Below are positions 35,692 through 43,718 of a stretch of DNA of 47,865 nucleotides, piece by piece. The stretch comes from Candidatus Woesearchaeota archaeon (lineage in GTDB: Archaea; Nanobdellota; Nanobdellia; Pacearchaeales; GW2011-AR1). Position 1 is the stretch's first letter; each line of letters opens with the position of its first letter. The stretch is from positions 1 through 47,865 of the forward strand of contig CAYPUL010000001.1 in NCBI GenBank assembly GCA_964413975.1, in the 5' to 3' direction. Below the pieces are notes generated by a model. That model searched no databases and was not told the DNA's origin. It was given only the letters and a program-made list of their open reading frames with translations. Position numbers and translations under genes: made by a program.

Positions 35692-37146
35692 ATGGAACCA
35701 CAGGAGTATTATCAGCTCGGTCTGAAGGCCGGTCTTGAAATCCATCAGCAACTTGATACAGGAACAAAGCTTTTTTGTAACTGTCCCTCCTTCTTGAGAA
35801 ATGACCCTCCTGAGATAACAATAAAACGAAAACTCCATGCAGTCGCGGGCGAAACAGGCGAGGTTGATAGTTCGGTTGAGTACGAAGCATCACGTAATCG
35901 CGAATTTTATTATCAAGGCTATCACGATAGTACTTGTCTTATTGAACTTGATGAGGAACCTCCAAGATTAATCAGTGAAACAGCTTTGAACGAAGCACTT
36001 ACGATAGCTCTACTTCTTAAGTGTGAGATCTATCAGGTTACACAAATTATGCGCAAGACAGTTATCGATGGCTCAAACACTTCTGGCTTCCAGCGTACTG
36101 TTCTCATTGCTCGTAATGGTATTCTTAAAACATCTAAGGGCGATGTAGGAATAGAAACTATCGCTTTGGAAGAAGACGCAGCTCGCATTATAGAAAAGGA
36201 TGATAAAAAATCTATTTATCGTCTCGATCGTCTTGGTATTCCTCTTGTAGAGATTACAACAACTCCAGCCCTTAGAGATCCCGAACATATTAAGGAAACA
36301 GCCCTTAAATTTGGAGAGATCCTTCGTGCTTGTAAGGTAAGACGTGGTATTGGTACTATTAGGCAGGATATTAATGTTAGCGTTAGGGGTCATGATAAGG
36401 TTGAGATTAAAGGTTTTCAGGATCCAGCTCTTATGGTTAAGACGATAGAATTAGAGGTCCAACGCCAGGTAGAAGATCTAAAAAACAACAAAAAAACAGG
36501 TGAGGTGCGAAACGCTCTTCCCGATTGTACGACTGAATTCCTTAGGCCTCTTCCTGGTAGAGCACGCATGTATCCTGAAACAGATCTACCGCTCTTAAGG
36601 ATACCTAGAGAGAAAATAAACACTATTAAAAAACAACTTCCAAAACTGAAACACGAGATACAATCGGAACTAAAAAAGAAAGGCCTTTCGGATGAACTTA
36701 TCTCTCTTGTTCTCGAGGGAAATCTCGATGAGTTTGAGACACTTCTTCAGGTTTATGGAAAAAATTCGAATCTTGTTGCAAAAATGATTACTCTCTGGCG
36801 CTCAGAACTTGCGACTAGACTTAAAAAACCGCTCGCTGAGATAAAAGAGATCCTTTCGGAAAGAATCTTGGAACAAATTCTTGAGGCCTTAAGAGAAAAC
36901 AGGATTGGTGAGTCAGATATCCGTTTAGTTATGGAGAAAGTTGCGATAGGTACCCCATTTGAAACTGTCCTCGGAACAGAAAAAATATCTGCTGATGAGC
37001 TTGAGGGGCATATTCGGAAGATAATCAAGGAGAATCCAGGTCTAAAACCAAACGCTTATATGGGGCTTATCATGCAACAACTCAAAGGTAAACTTAACCC
37101 TGGACAAGCTATGCAGATCGTACAAAAAATCCTTGCCACAGAATGA
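35692..37146 (+). CDS. gatE: Glu-tRNA(Gln) amidotransferase subunit E-type protein lacking the insertion domain
   Basis: GatE-diagnostic blocks: GLEIHQQLDTGTKLFCNCPS, CLIELDEEPP, RKTVIDGSNTSGFQRT, YRLDRLGIPLVEITT, RGIGTIRQDINVS, LRPLPGRARMYPETD, plus a YqeY-like tail. Only 484 aa. Confidence 0.85.
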   Translation: MEPQEYYQLGLKAGLEIHQQLDTGTKLFCNCPSFLRNDPPEITIKRKLHAVAGETGEVDSSVEYEASRNREFYYQGYHDSTCLIELDEEPPRLISETALNEALTIALLLKCEIYQVTQIMRKTVIDGSNTSGFQRTVLIARNGILKTSKGDVGIETIALEEDAARIIEKDDKKSIYRLDRLGIPLVEITTTPALRDPEHIKETALKFGEILRACKVRRGIGTIRQDINVSVRGHDKVEIKGFQDPALMVKTIELEVQRQVEDLKNNKKTGEVRNALPDCTTEFLRPLPGRARMYPETDLPLLRIPREKINTIKKQLPKLKHEIQSELKKKGLSDELISLVLEGNLDEFETLLQVYGKNSNLVAKMITLWRSELATRLKKPLAEIKEILSERILEQILEALRENRIGESDIRLVMEKVAIGTPFETVLGTEKISADELEGHIRKIIKENPGLKPNAYMGLIMQQLKGKLNPGQAMQIVQKILATE

Positions 37147-37646
37147 AAGTAAAGAAACCAAGTTACCGACGTGTTATTCCTTTCGTTCTAATCTTTTTTA
37201 TTATTCTTAGTATAATACTGTTAATTACATCCATCAAAAAAACAATACAAACGCAATCATTGTCAACGCTCACAATTCGAACACCGACACAAACACACAC
37301 AATAAACATAGAAATAGTAGATTCACCGAGAAAACGTGCACAGGGACTTATGTATCGTACCTCGTTGGAGCAAAACACTGGCATGCTCTTTGTCTTTCCT
37401 CATGAACAACAGCAGACTTTCTGGATGAAAAATACACTTATCCCTCTTGATATTATCTTCATAAACAAAAACCTAGAAATCACTGAAATCGTAACTGCTA
37501 ACCCTTGTTATAAAGATCCTTGTACTCGTTACACATCTTCCTTCCCAGCACAATATGTTCTCGAACTTAATGCTGGTTTCTCTCAGCGTAACAATCTTTC
37601 TCAAGGTGATAGAATCTTCCTTGACATGCTGTGTTGTATGACTTGA
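37143..37646 (+). CDS. DUF192-family protein with N-terminal TM
   Basis: RAQGLMYRTSLEQNTGMLFVF...FWMKNTLIPLDIIF...YVLELNAGF matches the DUF192 pattern. ATGA overlap with gatE. Confidence 0.75.
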   Translation: MKVKKPSYRRVIPFVLIFFIILSIILLITSIKKTIQTQSLSTLTIRTPTQTHTINIEIVDSPRKRAQGLMYRTSLEQNTGMLFVFPHEQQQTFWMKNTLIPLDIIFINKNLEITEIVTANPCYKDPCTRYTSSFPAQYVLELNAGFSQRNNLSQGDRIFLDMLCCMT

Positions 37647-37715
37647 TACAAACATGGGTTGTAATATATATAACGAATTAACTAGAAGTGTCTTTCCAAT
37701 ATCGCGAGGTCTTGC

Positions 37716-37982
37716 TCAATCATCGGCGCTGATCATATAAAGAGTGACCTCTTTGTTAAACTCTCGGATCTGTCGTATTGCTTCGATTCCATATATACCT
37801 TTTCCCATATCGTTATCGGTAAGGATTAAATCATAGGAGGCATGTTTAACTTTCTTAACTAGATCTTCTCCGGTACTCACAGTTTCGATAATCGCGTCTC
37901 GGTCAAAGAGAGACACCGTCTCAGCTAAAAAATATTTCATTTCTTCATAATCGTCAGCAATAATAATCCTTCTCTGAGGCAT
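37716..37982 (-). CDS. Short CheY-like receiver domain (88 aa, C-terminally truncated relative to canonical REC)
   Basis: IIIADD (acidic pocket), LILTDNDMG (phospho-acceptor Asp context) and MISAD (conserved Ser/Thr position). Ends before the conserved Lys. Confidence 0.6.
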   Translation of the reverse strand: MPQRRIIIADDYEEMKYFLAETVSLFDRDAIIETVSTGEDLVKKVKHASYDLILTDNDMGKGIYGIEAIRQIREFNKEVTLYMISADD

Positions 37983-38284
37983 CTTTCTATCTCCACGAGC
38001 AGTCCTATGTTTATGATTAAGTTGATTATATAAATTCTTGGTGATTAGTGCTATTTCGGACTAAACTCTCCTCCTTACACAAATATCACATAACAGTTTA
38101 AATAAATTCCTGTCTCTGTGAGTATCTCCGATATTTATACGAGTATTCCGCAGTTCGATCTCATCTAGAGAGCTATAACCACCAAGTTCTTTTAATAACC
38201 CCTATCATATAATCCGAGATATGACCATAACTATAAAGTAACAACAATAGAAAGACTTAAATACCCATTAATCCATTAAATATC

Positions 38285-38458
38285 ATGACAAAAAATTTAG
38301 AGCAAGAAGCAAGAACAGCTTTAGATATGGTTACTAGACATGGAGTAGCTGGAGCGGTCGTTGATAAAGAAGCCTTAGAATTCGGATTAAGTAGCAGATT
38401 ATATTCTCAATCAGATGTTGATAGTGCACAGAGAGCATACGAAGCCCGCAAGAAATGA
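38285..38458 (+). CDS. Hypothetical small protein (57 aa)
   Basis: Hand translation MTKNLEQEARTALDMVTRHGVAGAVVDKEALEFGLSSRLYSQSDVDSAQRAYEARKK*. It is the only plausible ORF in a 550-bp gap. Confidence 0.3.
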   Translation: MTKNLEQEARTALDMVTRHGVAGAVVDKEALEFGLSSRLYSQSDVDSAQRAYEARKK

Positions 38459-38505
38459 TACACAATGCAGTATCTACTTCACATAATTCTCTCGCTCAAA
38501 AATAA

Positions 38506-38517
38506 GGTTTAAAAACC
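38506..38517 (+). promoter_or_regulatory. TATA-like box for aspS
   Basis: GGTTTAAAAACC, 20-31 nt upstream of ATG 38537. Confidence 0.4.
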
Positions 38518-38536
38518 TCTCTCTACTCTCATTCAT

Positions 38537-39916
38537 ATGTTACGGACACATACTTGTAATGAGTTGAAGAAAAAAGATGCAGGTAAAAAAGCAACACTCT
38601 GTGGCTGGGTTGACACGGTTCGTGAACATGGAAAACTTTCATTCATAGATCTTCGAGACTGTTATGGTAAAACCCAGATTGTTGTTCGAGAAAAACACGA
38701 ACTAAGACCAGAATATGTTGTTCGAATAAAGGGAGATGTGAAAATACGTAAACCGGGTACAGAAAATAAAGACCTTGAGACAGGTGATATTGAACTTGTT
38801 GCTGAGAAAATAGAGATACTTGGAAAATCAAAAACTCCTCCATTTGAGATTCTCGATGAGAAGCCAGCTGGCGAGGAAGTTAGGATGCGATACCGCTTTC
38901 TTGATCTGCGTCGTCCTATCATGCAAAGAAATCTTGCCTTTCGAGCGCAGGTAGCATATGCGGTACGAGAATTCTTTTTGCAGAACGGTTTTATTGAGAT
39001 AGAAACACCGCTACTCGTAAAACCAACACCGGAGGGAGCGCGTGATTACCTTGTCCCGAGTAGAGTAAACCCTGGGAAATTTTATTCGCTTCCTCAATCT
39101 CCTCAGTTATATAAACAGATTCTTATGATTGCAGGTTTTGATCGATATTTTCAGATCGCGCGTTGTCTCCGTGATGAAGATCTACGCGCAGACAGGCAGC
39201 CAGAACACACACAAATAGATCTAGAGATGTCTTTTGTAGAGGTTGTGGACATAATTGAACTTGTCGAGTCACTCTACAAATATCTCTTCAAAAAACTCTT
39301 ACACATTGAACTGAAAAAATTTCCAAGAGTAACATATGAGGAAGCAATGAAGGTGTATAGGACAGATAAGCCAGATCTCAGAAAAAGTAGAACAGATAAA
39401 AAAGAGTTTGCTTTCTGCTGGGTATATGATTTCCCGCTCTTTTCCTATAACGAAGAAGAAAAACGATGGGAACCGGAACACCACATGTTTAGTGCTCCTA
39501 AAAAAGAACATCTTCATCTACTTGAAAAAGATCCTGCGAAGGTACAGGGTGATCTTTTTGACCTTGTTCTTAATGGTGTTGAAATCGGTTCTGGATCAAT
39601 TCGTATTAACAATCCAGAGCTTCAAGAACGGGTTATGCGGGTTATAGGTATGTCTAAGGAAGAGGCACATAAAAAATTTGGCTTTCTCCTCAATGCCTAC
39701 GAATATGGCGGTCCTGTCCATGGCGGTATGGGTCTTGGTCTTGATCGCCTTATCGCACTTATGCTTGGTTATTCTGACATTCGTGAAGTTATCGCCTTCC
39801 CTAGAAACAAGGCAGCGCAGAACCCAATGGACGAATCTCCTGCTGCTGTTTTACCGAAACAACTTAAAGAAGCTCATATTGCTCTTGATCTTCCAAAAAA
39901 ACAAAAGAGCAACTAA
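38537..39916 (+). CDS. aspS: Aspartate--tRNA ligase, bacterial type, without GAD insertion domain
   Basis: RTHTCNEL, RMRYRFLDLRR, FYSLPQSPQLYKQILMIAGFDRYFQIARCLRDEDLRADRQPEHTQIDLEMSF, DKPDLR, HHMFSAP and GMGLGLDRL align to bacterial AspRS. 459 aa. Confidence 0.9.
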   Translation: MLRTHTCNELKKKDAGKKATLCGWVDTVREHGKLSFIDLRDCYGKTQIVVREKHELRPEYVVRIKGDVKIRKPGTENKDLETGDIELVAEKIEILGKSKTPPFEILDEKPAGEEVRMRYRFLDLRRPIMQRNLAFRAQVAYAVREFFLQNGFIEIETPLLVKPTPEGARDYLVPSRVNPGKFYSLPQSPQLYKQILMIAGFDRYFQIARCLRDEDLRADRQPEHTQIDLEMSFVEVVDIIELVESLYKYLFKKLLHIELKKFPRVTYEEAMKVYRTDKPDLRKSRTDKKEFAFCWVYDFPLFSYNEEEKRWEPEHHMFSAPKKEHLHLLEKDPAKVQGDLFDLVLNGVEIGSGSIRINNPELQERVMRVIGMSKEEAHKKFGFLLNAYEYGGPVHGGMGLGLDRLIALMLGYSDIREVIAFPRNKAAQNPMDESPAAVLPKQLKEAHIALDLPKKQKSN

Positions 39917-39918
39917 AC

Positions 39919-40143
39919 ATGGACAAAAAAACAATCGAAGCAGACGCAAAACATTTACTTAAAAAATTTAGTCGGGCGTTACATACCATAAAAGAGAAGG
40001 AGCAGGAAATAAAAATAACGACTGATGGTATGAGAGAAGAGGGTCCCGGAGAAAAGGCGGATCCGGAATTCAAAAAGCTTATGTTTGCTAATGCTCCTAA
40101 AACGGACAATGGTTTTATTGTTGCAGAGAAGAGGAGATGGTAA
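39919..40143 (+). CDS. gatC: GatC-like amidotransferase subunit C (tentative)
   Basis: 74 aa, starting 2 nt after aspS. The C-terminal pattern MREEGPGE....LMFANAPKTDNGFIVAEK resembles GatC's LREDE...L.NAP...DG.F.VP. Confidence 0.55.
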   Translation: MDKKTIEADAKHLLKKFSRALHTIKEKEQEIKITTDGMREEGPGEKADPEFKKLMFANAPKTDNGFIVAEKRRW

Positions 40144-40151
40144 TCCAAATA

Positions 40152-40439
40152 ATGAATGGAGAAATAAGAGATATAAGAATAAAAGCTTCAAAACCAATGG
40201 GGGAGATAAAAAAAGGTGATAGGATAAGAATAGATTCTCTCTTTCTCGAGGTAGATTCTTACTCTGTCCTAATTGATCATGGTTCGACAAAAGAGATGGC
40301 AATTGAGCTCTTCGATCCTAAGACAGATAAGGACTACCAACTCCGCTACTTTTCAGATCAGGTTGAAACGAGCCTTGAGCTTTACGAACTCAATGAGATT
40401 ATTTACAACAAGCTAGATATTCATACCATTGAATGGTGA
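40152..40439 (+). CDS. Hypothetical protein (95 aa)
   Basis: ORF following gatC. The first ATG after the gatC stop is used (the track start 40137 overlaps gatC). Confidence 0.5.
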   Translation: MNGEIRDIRIKASKPMGEIKKGDRIRIDSLFLEVDSYSVLIDHGSTKEMAIELFDPKTDKDYQLRYFSDQVETSLELYELNEIIYNKLDIHTIEW

Positions 40440-40479
40440 GCGTCCAAAGATTTATTAACTGGGAGCCTTATTTGATTTA

Positions 40480-40860
40480 ATGGATAAAGTTATTCACTTT
40501 GAAATACCATATGATAATATTGATCGTGTAAAAACCTTTTATGAAAACGTGTTTGGATGGAAGATTAATGAAATCCCTATGATGCATTATCATATAGTCA
40601 CTACTGTTCAAACAGACGAAAAACAGATGCCCAAAGAATTCGGTGCTATTAATGGTGGTATGTATGAACGTAGTATGGGAGGTTCACAAACACCGGTTAT
40701 TGTTATTGGAGTGTCATCGGTAGATGCACACATAGAAAAAGTGAAAGCTGCGGGTGGTGCCATTGTCTTTGATAAGCGTAAGGTTGGTGACATGGGCTTT
40801 TATGCACAGATTCAGGATCCAGAGGGTAATATTATCGGTATCTGGGAGACGGTACGATAG
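40480..40860 (+). CDS. VOC (glyoxalase/bleomycin-resistance) family protein
   Basis: VIHFEIPYDNIDRVKTFYENVFGWKI ... FYAQIQDPEGNIIGIWE are the typical paired beta-alpha-beta-beta-beta modules. Confidence 0.8.
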   Translation: MDKVIHFEIPYDNIDRVKTFYENVFGWKINEIPMMHYHIVTTVQTDEKQMPKEFGAINGGMYERSMGGSQTPVIVIGVSSVDAHIEKVKAAGGAIVFDKRKVGDMGFYAQIQDPEGNIIGIWETVR

Positions 40861-40896
40861 ACAAAGCCTTATTAATATCCTTTTTCTTTTCTTATC

Positions 40897-42198
40897 ATGG
40901 ATTTCGAGCAGAAAGTAAAATCCTATCTGGAGAGAATAAAGAAAGGAGATAAGAAAATAAACGCTTTTCTCTATCTTAATGAGAACGTGCTTCGTGAAGC
41001 AAAGACTATTGACAAGAAACAAAAAAAAGGAAGGCTTTATCCGTATGTTATAGCGGTTAAGAGTAACATACATGTTCAGGGACTTCCTTGTACTTGTGCA
41101 TCAAAGACACTTGAGAACTATATTGCACCTTATGATGCAACAGTTATTGAAAGAATAAAAGCAGAAGATGGTCTGATTATTGGGATGACAAATATGGATG
41201 AATTTGCAGCAGGTTCGTCTGGTGAAAACTCTGCGTTTGGCCCAACGCAGAATCCTTCTGCTCCTGGCAAGATTCCAGGCGGTTCAAGCTCGGGTTCAGC
41301 AGCAGTTGTTGCAGCCTCATTTTCCGATGTTGCACTTGGTTCAGATACTGGCGGTTCAGTAAGGAATCCTGCGAGTCAGTGTGGTATTATTGGCTACAAA
41401 CCTTCATATGGACTTGTTTCGCGTTATGGTCTTATTGATTTATCAATGTCCCTAGATCAGATTGGCATCTTGGCAAAAAACCTTGTTGACATAACGCTCC
41501 TTCTCTCTGTTATTCAGGGTAAGGATAAGAGAGATACAACAACATTTGATGCGCTACCAATACAAGGAACAAACACGGACAACATAACGCTTGGTATTCT
41601 ATCGGTAAGAGGAACAAACAAGAAGATAGAGAATCATATAGCAGAAAAAATTGAATCTCTTACAAAAAAGCATAACTGGAAAACAAAAGATATAACAATA
41701 AAACACATTGATCTCGCGGTTCAAACATACTACCTTTTAGTCTATGCTGAGTTCTTCTCTGCAACTAGGAGATTTGACGGTAGACGTTACGGTAAAAAAA
41801 TCGAGGATGTTGCTGGTTCGGAAGTGCTCAGGAGAATCTTGGGAGGCAGCGAAACAACAAGAGCAGAATTTGAAGGCGCTTACTATGAAAAAGCACTTGC
41901 AGTAAAACAGATTATTAAGAAGGAATTCGAAAATATCTTTCAAAAGGTTGATTGCATAGCACTTCCTACTGTTCCTTTGCTCCCCTGGAAGGTCGGGGCA
42001 GGTAGTGTTATGAGCGCAGAAGAAATCTATGCTGCTGACGCCCTTACTATTCCTGTCAACCTTGCAGAAGCCTGCGCGATCTCTCTTCCTGCTGGAAAGG
42101 TCGATAACCTTCCTGTTGGCCTCCAACTCATCTGTGCAAGAACACATGACGTACAGTTACTCTCAATTGCAAGGAGAGTAGAGAAAACGCTATGGTAA
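40897..42198 (+). CDS. gatA: Glutamyl/aspartyl-tRNA amidotransferase subunit A (amidase signature family)
   Basis: IAVKSNIHVQGLPCTCASKTLENYIAPYDATV, NMDEFAAGSSGENSAFGPTQNP, GGSSSGSAAVVAA, GSDTGGSVRNPAS and LDQIG. 433 aa. Confidence 0.88.
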   Translation: MDFEQKVKSYLERIKKGDKKINAFLYLNENVLREAKTIDKKQKKGRLYPYVIAVKSNIHVQGLPCTCASKTLENYIAPYDATVIERIKAEDGLIIGMTNMDEFAAGSSGENSAFGPTQNPSAPGKIPGGSSSGSAAVVAASFSDVALGSDTGGSVRNPASQCGIIGYKPSYGLVSRYGLIDLSMSLDQIGILAKNLVDITLLLSVIQGKDKRDTTTFDALPIQGTNTDNITLGILSVRGTNKKIENHIAEKIESLTKKHNWKTKDITIKHIDLAVQTYYLLVYAEFFSATRRFDGRRYGKKIEDVAGSEVLRRILGGSETTRAEFEGAYYEKALAVKQIIKKEFENIFQKVDCIALPTVPLLPWKVGAGSVMSAEEIYAADALTIPVNLAEACAISLPAGKVDNLPVGLQLICARTHDVQLLSIARRVEKTLW

Positions 42199-42866
42199 CA
42201 ATAGGTAATGTATCTCTGGATTTCTTAGGACATGCTGGTTTTCTTATTCGACTTGAGAATAAGAAAACGATCGCAATCGATCCTTACAATATCTCACCAA
42301 ACATCGCTCCTGTTGATCTTATACTTATTACCCATAGTCATTATGATCATTGTAGTATTAAAGATATTGAAAGAATTACTCAAAGAGGAACGATTATTAT
42401 TATGCCACCAGATGCTCAGAGCAAGATAACAAAGATAAAGGATGTTGAGATGCAGATCATTGAAGTTGGAGATGAACTTTCATTTGATACAGTTCGGATC
42501 GAGGCTTTTCCTGCTTACAACATCAAAAAGGATTTTCATCCTAAGTCTGAAGGCTGGCTTGGTTACCTCATAAAAATGGGTGATGTTATTATATATCATA
42601 CTGGAGATAGTGATAAAATTCCTGAGATGGAAAAACTTACTGGCTATGGAAAACACAATAATGAATTTATTATTCTACTTCCTGTTTCTGGGACGTATAC
42701 CATGGATGTTGAAGAAGCTGTTGCTGTCGCAAAACTTCTTGGTCCGACTGTTGCAATTCCTATGCACTACGGTGCTGGTGTTGCTGGTTCTCGTGAGGAC
42801 GCAGAGAGATTTGTACAAGCGTGTTTAAAACTGGATATTCGGGCTCAAATACTTGAGAAGATATAA
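42192..42866 (+). CDS. Metallo-beta-lactamase-fold hydrolase (UPF0173-like)
   Basis: LITHSHYDHC motif with downstream H/D ligands (YHTGDS; PMHYG). 7-nt overlap with gatA. Confidence 0.8.
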   Translation: MVTIGNVSLDFLGHAGFLIRLENKKTIAIDPYNISPNIAPVDLILITHSHYDHCSIKDIERITQRGTIIIMPPDAQSKITKIKDVEMQIIEVGDELSFDTVRIEAFPAYNIKKDFHPKSEGWLGYLIKMGDVIIYHTGDSDKIPEMEKLTGYGKHNNEFIILLPVSGTYTMDVEEAVAVAKLLGPTVAIPMHYGAGVAGSREDAERFVQACLKLDIRAQILEKI

Positions 42867-43074
42867 TGGGTGCTTACTGATCTGATTCTACTCCCAACGT
42901 AGATCTTGATCGGATTGCTGCTGCGGAGATCGTAGATGAAAGTATTCATGGAGATCTTATGGACCTGTTTGGATGATTGGGTAGATGTTAGGAAGCCTGG
43001 CACTTTAGTGCCTAGAGGACGTCACTTTGCTATAAAATAGGGGGCGCTTATTATAACTCACTGAGTCCATAATT

Positions 43075-43587
43075 TTACTTGTAATTAGTTCTCACAGCAA
43101 GAATAGGAATTATTTTTGAATACCATGGATTGCCTCTTCTAACATTTATTATTCCAACTTGAATTCCCACACTACCTGGACCGCAATTATTTAATAAAAG
43201 CCCTAACTGTATCCCTATAAGTTTATTATAAGCATAATTAATTCCTCCAATCTGAACTCCTCTTGATTCTATAGCACCATTAAATGCTCCAATCTGAAAT
43301 CCATAACTTGATTCTTCAGCACCATTAACTGCTCCAATCTGAACTCCTCTTGATTCTATAGCACCATTAAATGCTCCAATCTGAACTCCTCTTGATTCTA
43401 TAGCATAATTACATGCTCCAATCTGAAATCTACAACTTGATTCTATAGCACCATTAACTGCTCCAATCTGAACTCCTCTTGATTCATAGGTAATATCTTT
43501 TAGTGCGGCCTCTAACATATTTTCTTTCCTCTTTTCTTCTTGAATTATTACTGATCTTGTTCCCATTAAATCTAAGATGTATATCAT
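43075..43587 (-). CDS. GxQIGxxN tandem-repeat protein
   Basis: At least six 14/15-aa units (RGVQIGAVNGAIES / SYGFQIGAFNGAIES ...), degenerating to GIQLGLLLNN and GIQVGIINV toward the C-terminus. No signal peptide and the start is uncertain (Met 1, 8 or 24). Confidence 0.7.
   Translation of the reverse strand: MIYILDLMGTRSVIIQEEKRKENMLEAALKDITYESRGVQIGAVNGAIESSCRFQIGACNYAIESRGVQIGAFNGAIESRGVQIGAVNGAEESSYGFQIGAFNGAIESRGVQIGGINYAYNKLIGIQLGLLLNNCGPGSVGIQVGIINVRRGNPWYSKIIPILAVRTNYK
43249..43490. repeat. Tandem 42/45-bp coding repeats
   Basis: Units at 43249-43290 (42), 43291-43335 (45), 43336-43377 (42), 43378-43419 (42) and 43420-43464 (45), plus a partial unit. Units 1 and 3 are identical. Confidence 0.9.
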
Positions 43588-43718
43588 TATTTAAACTTTT
43601 AGGGTATGTGCCCCATATGTAGTATCAATTATTCGACAAACTCTATACTACAATCAAATATATAAAGGTGATAGACCTCACAAAAAAGAAAAACTGAAAG
43701 GAGGCACAAAAAAGGTGA

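Noticed and set aside
35692-37146. Calling this 484-aa protein GatB because of its length and the nearby gatA/gatC
   Set aside because: The core motifs are GatE-type (VIDGSNTSGFQRT, LDRLGIPLVEITT, RPLPGRARMYPETD) and the GatB YPDLP-x-GYQ block is absent. It is therefore kept as GatE-type with the insertion deleted.
37473-37715. Possible read-through of the receiver-domain TGA into the downstream in-frame ORF (37473-37655)
   Set aside because: The downstream translation has no REC helix 4/strand 5 features and lies antisense to the conserved DUF192 gene.
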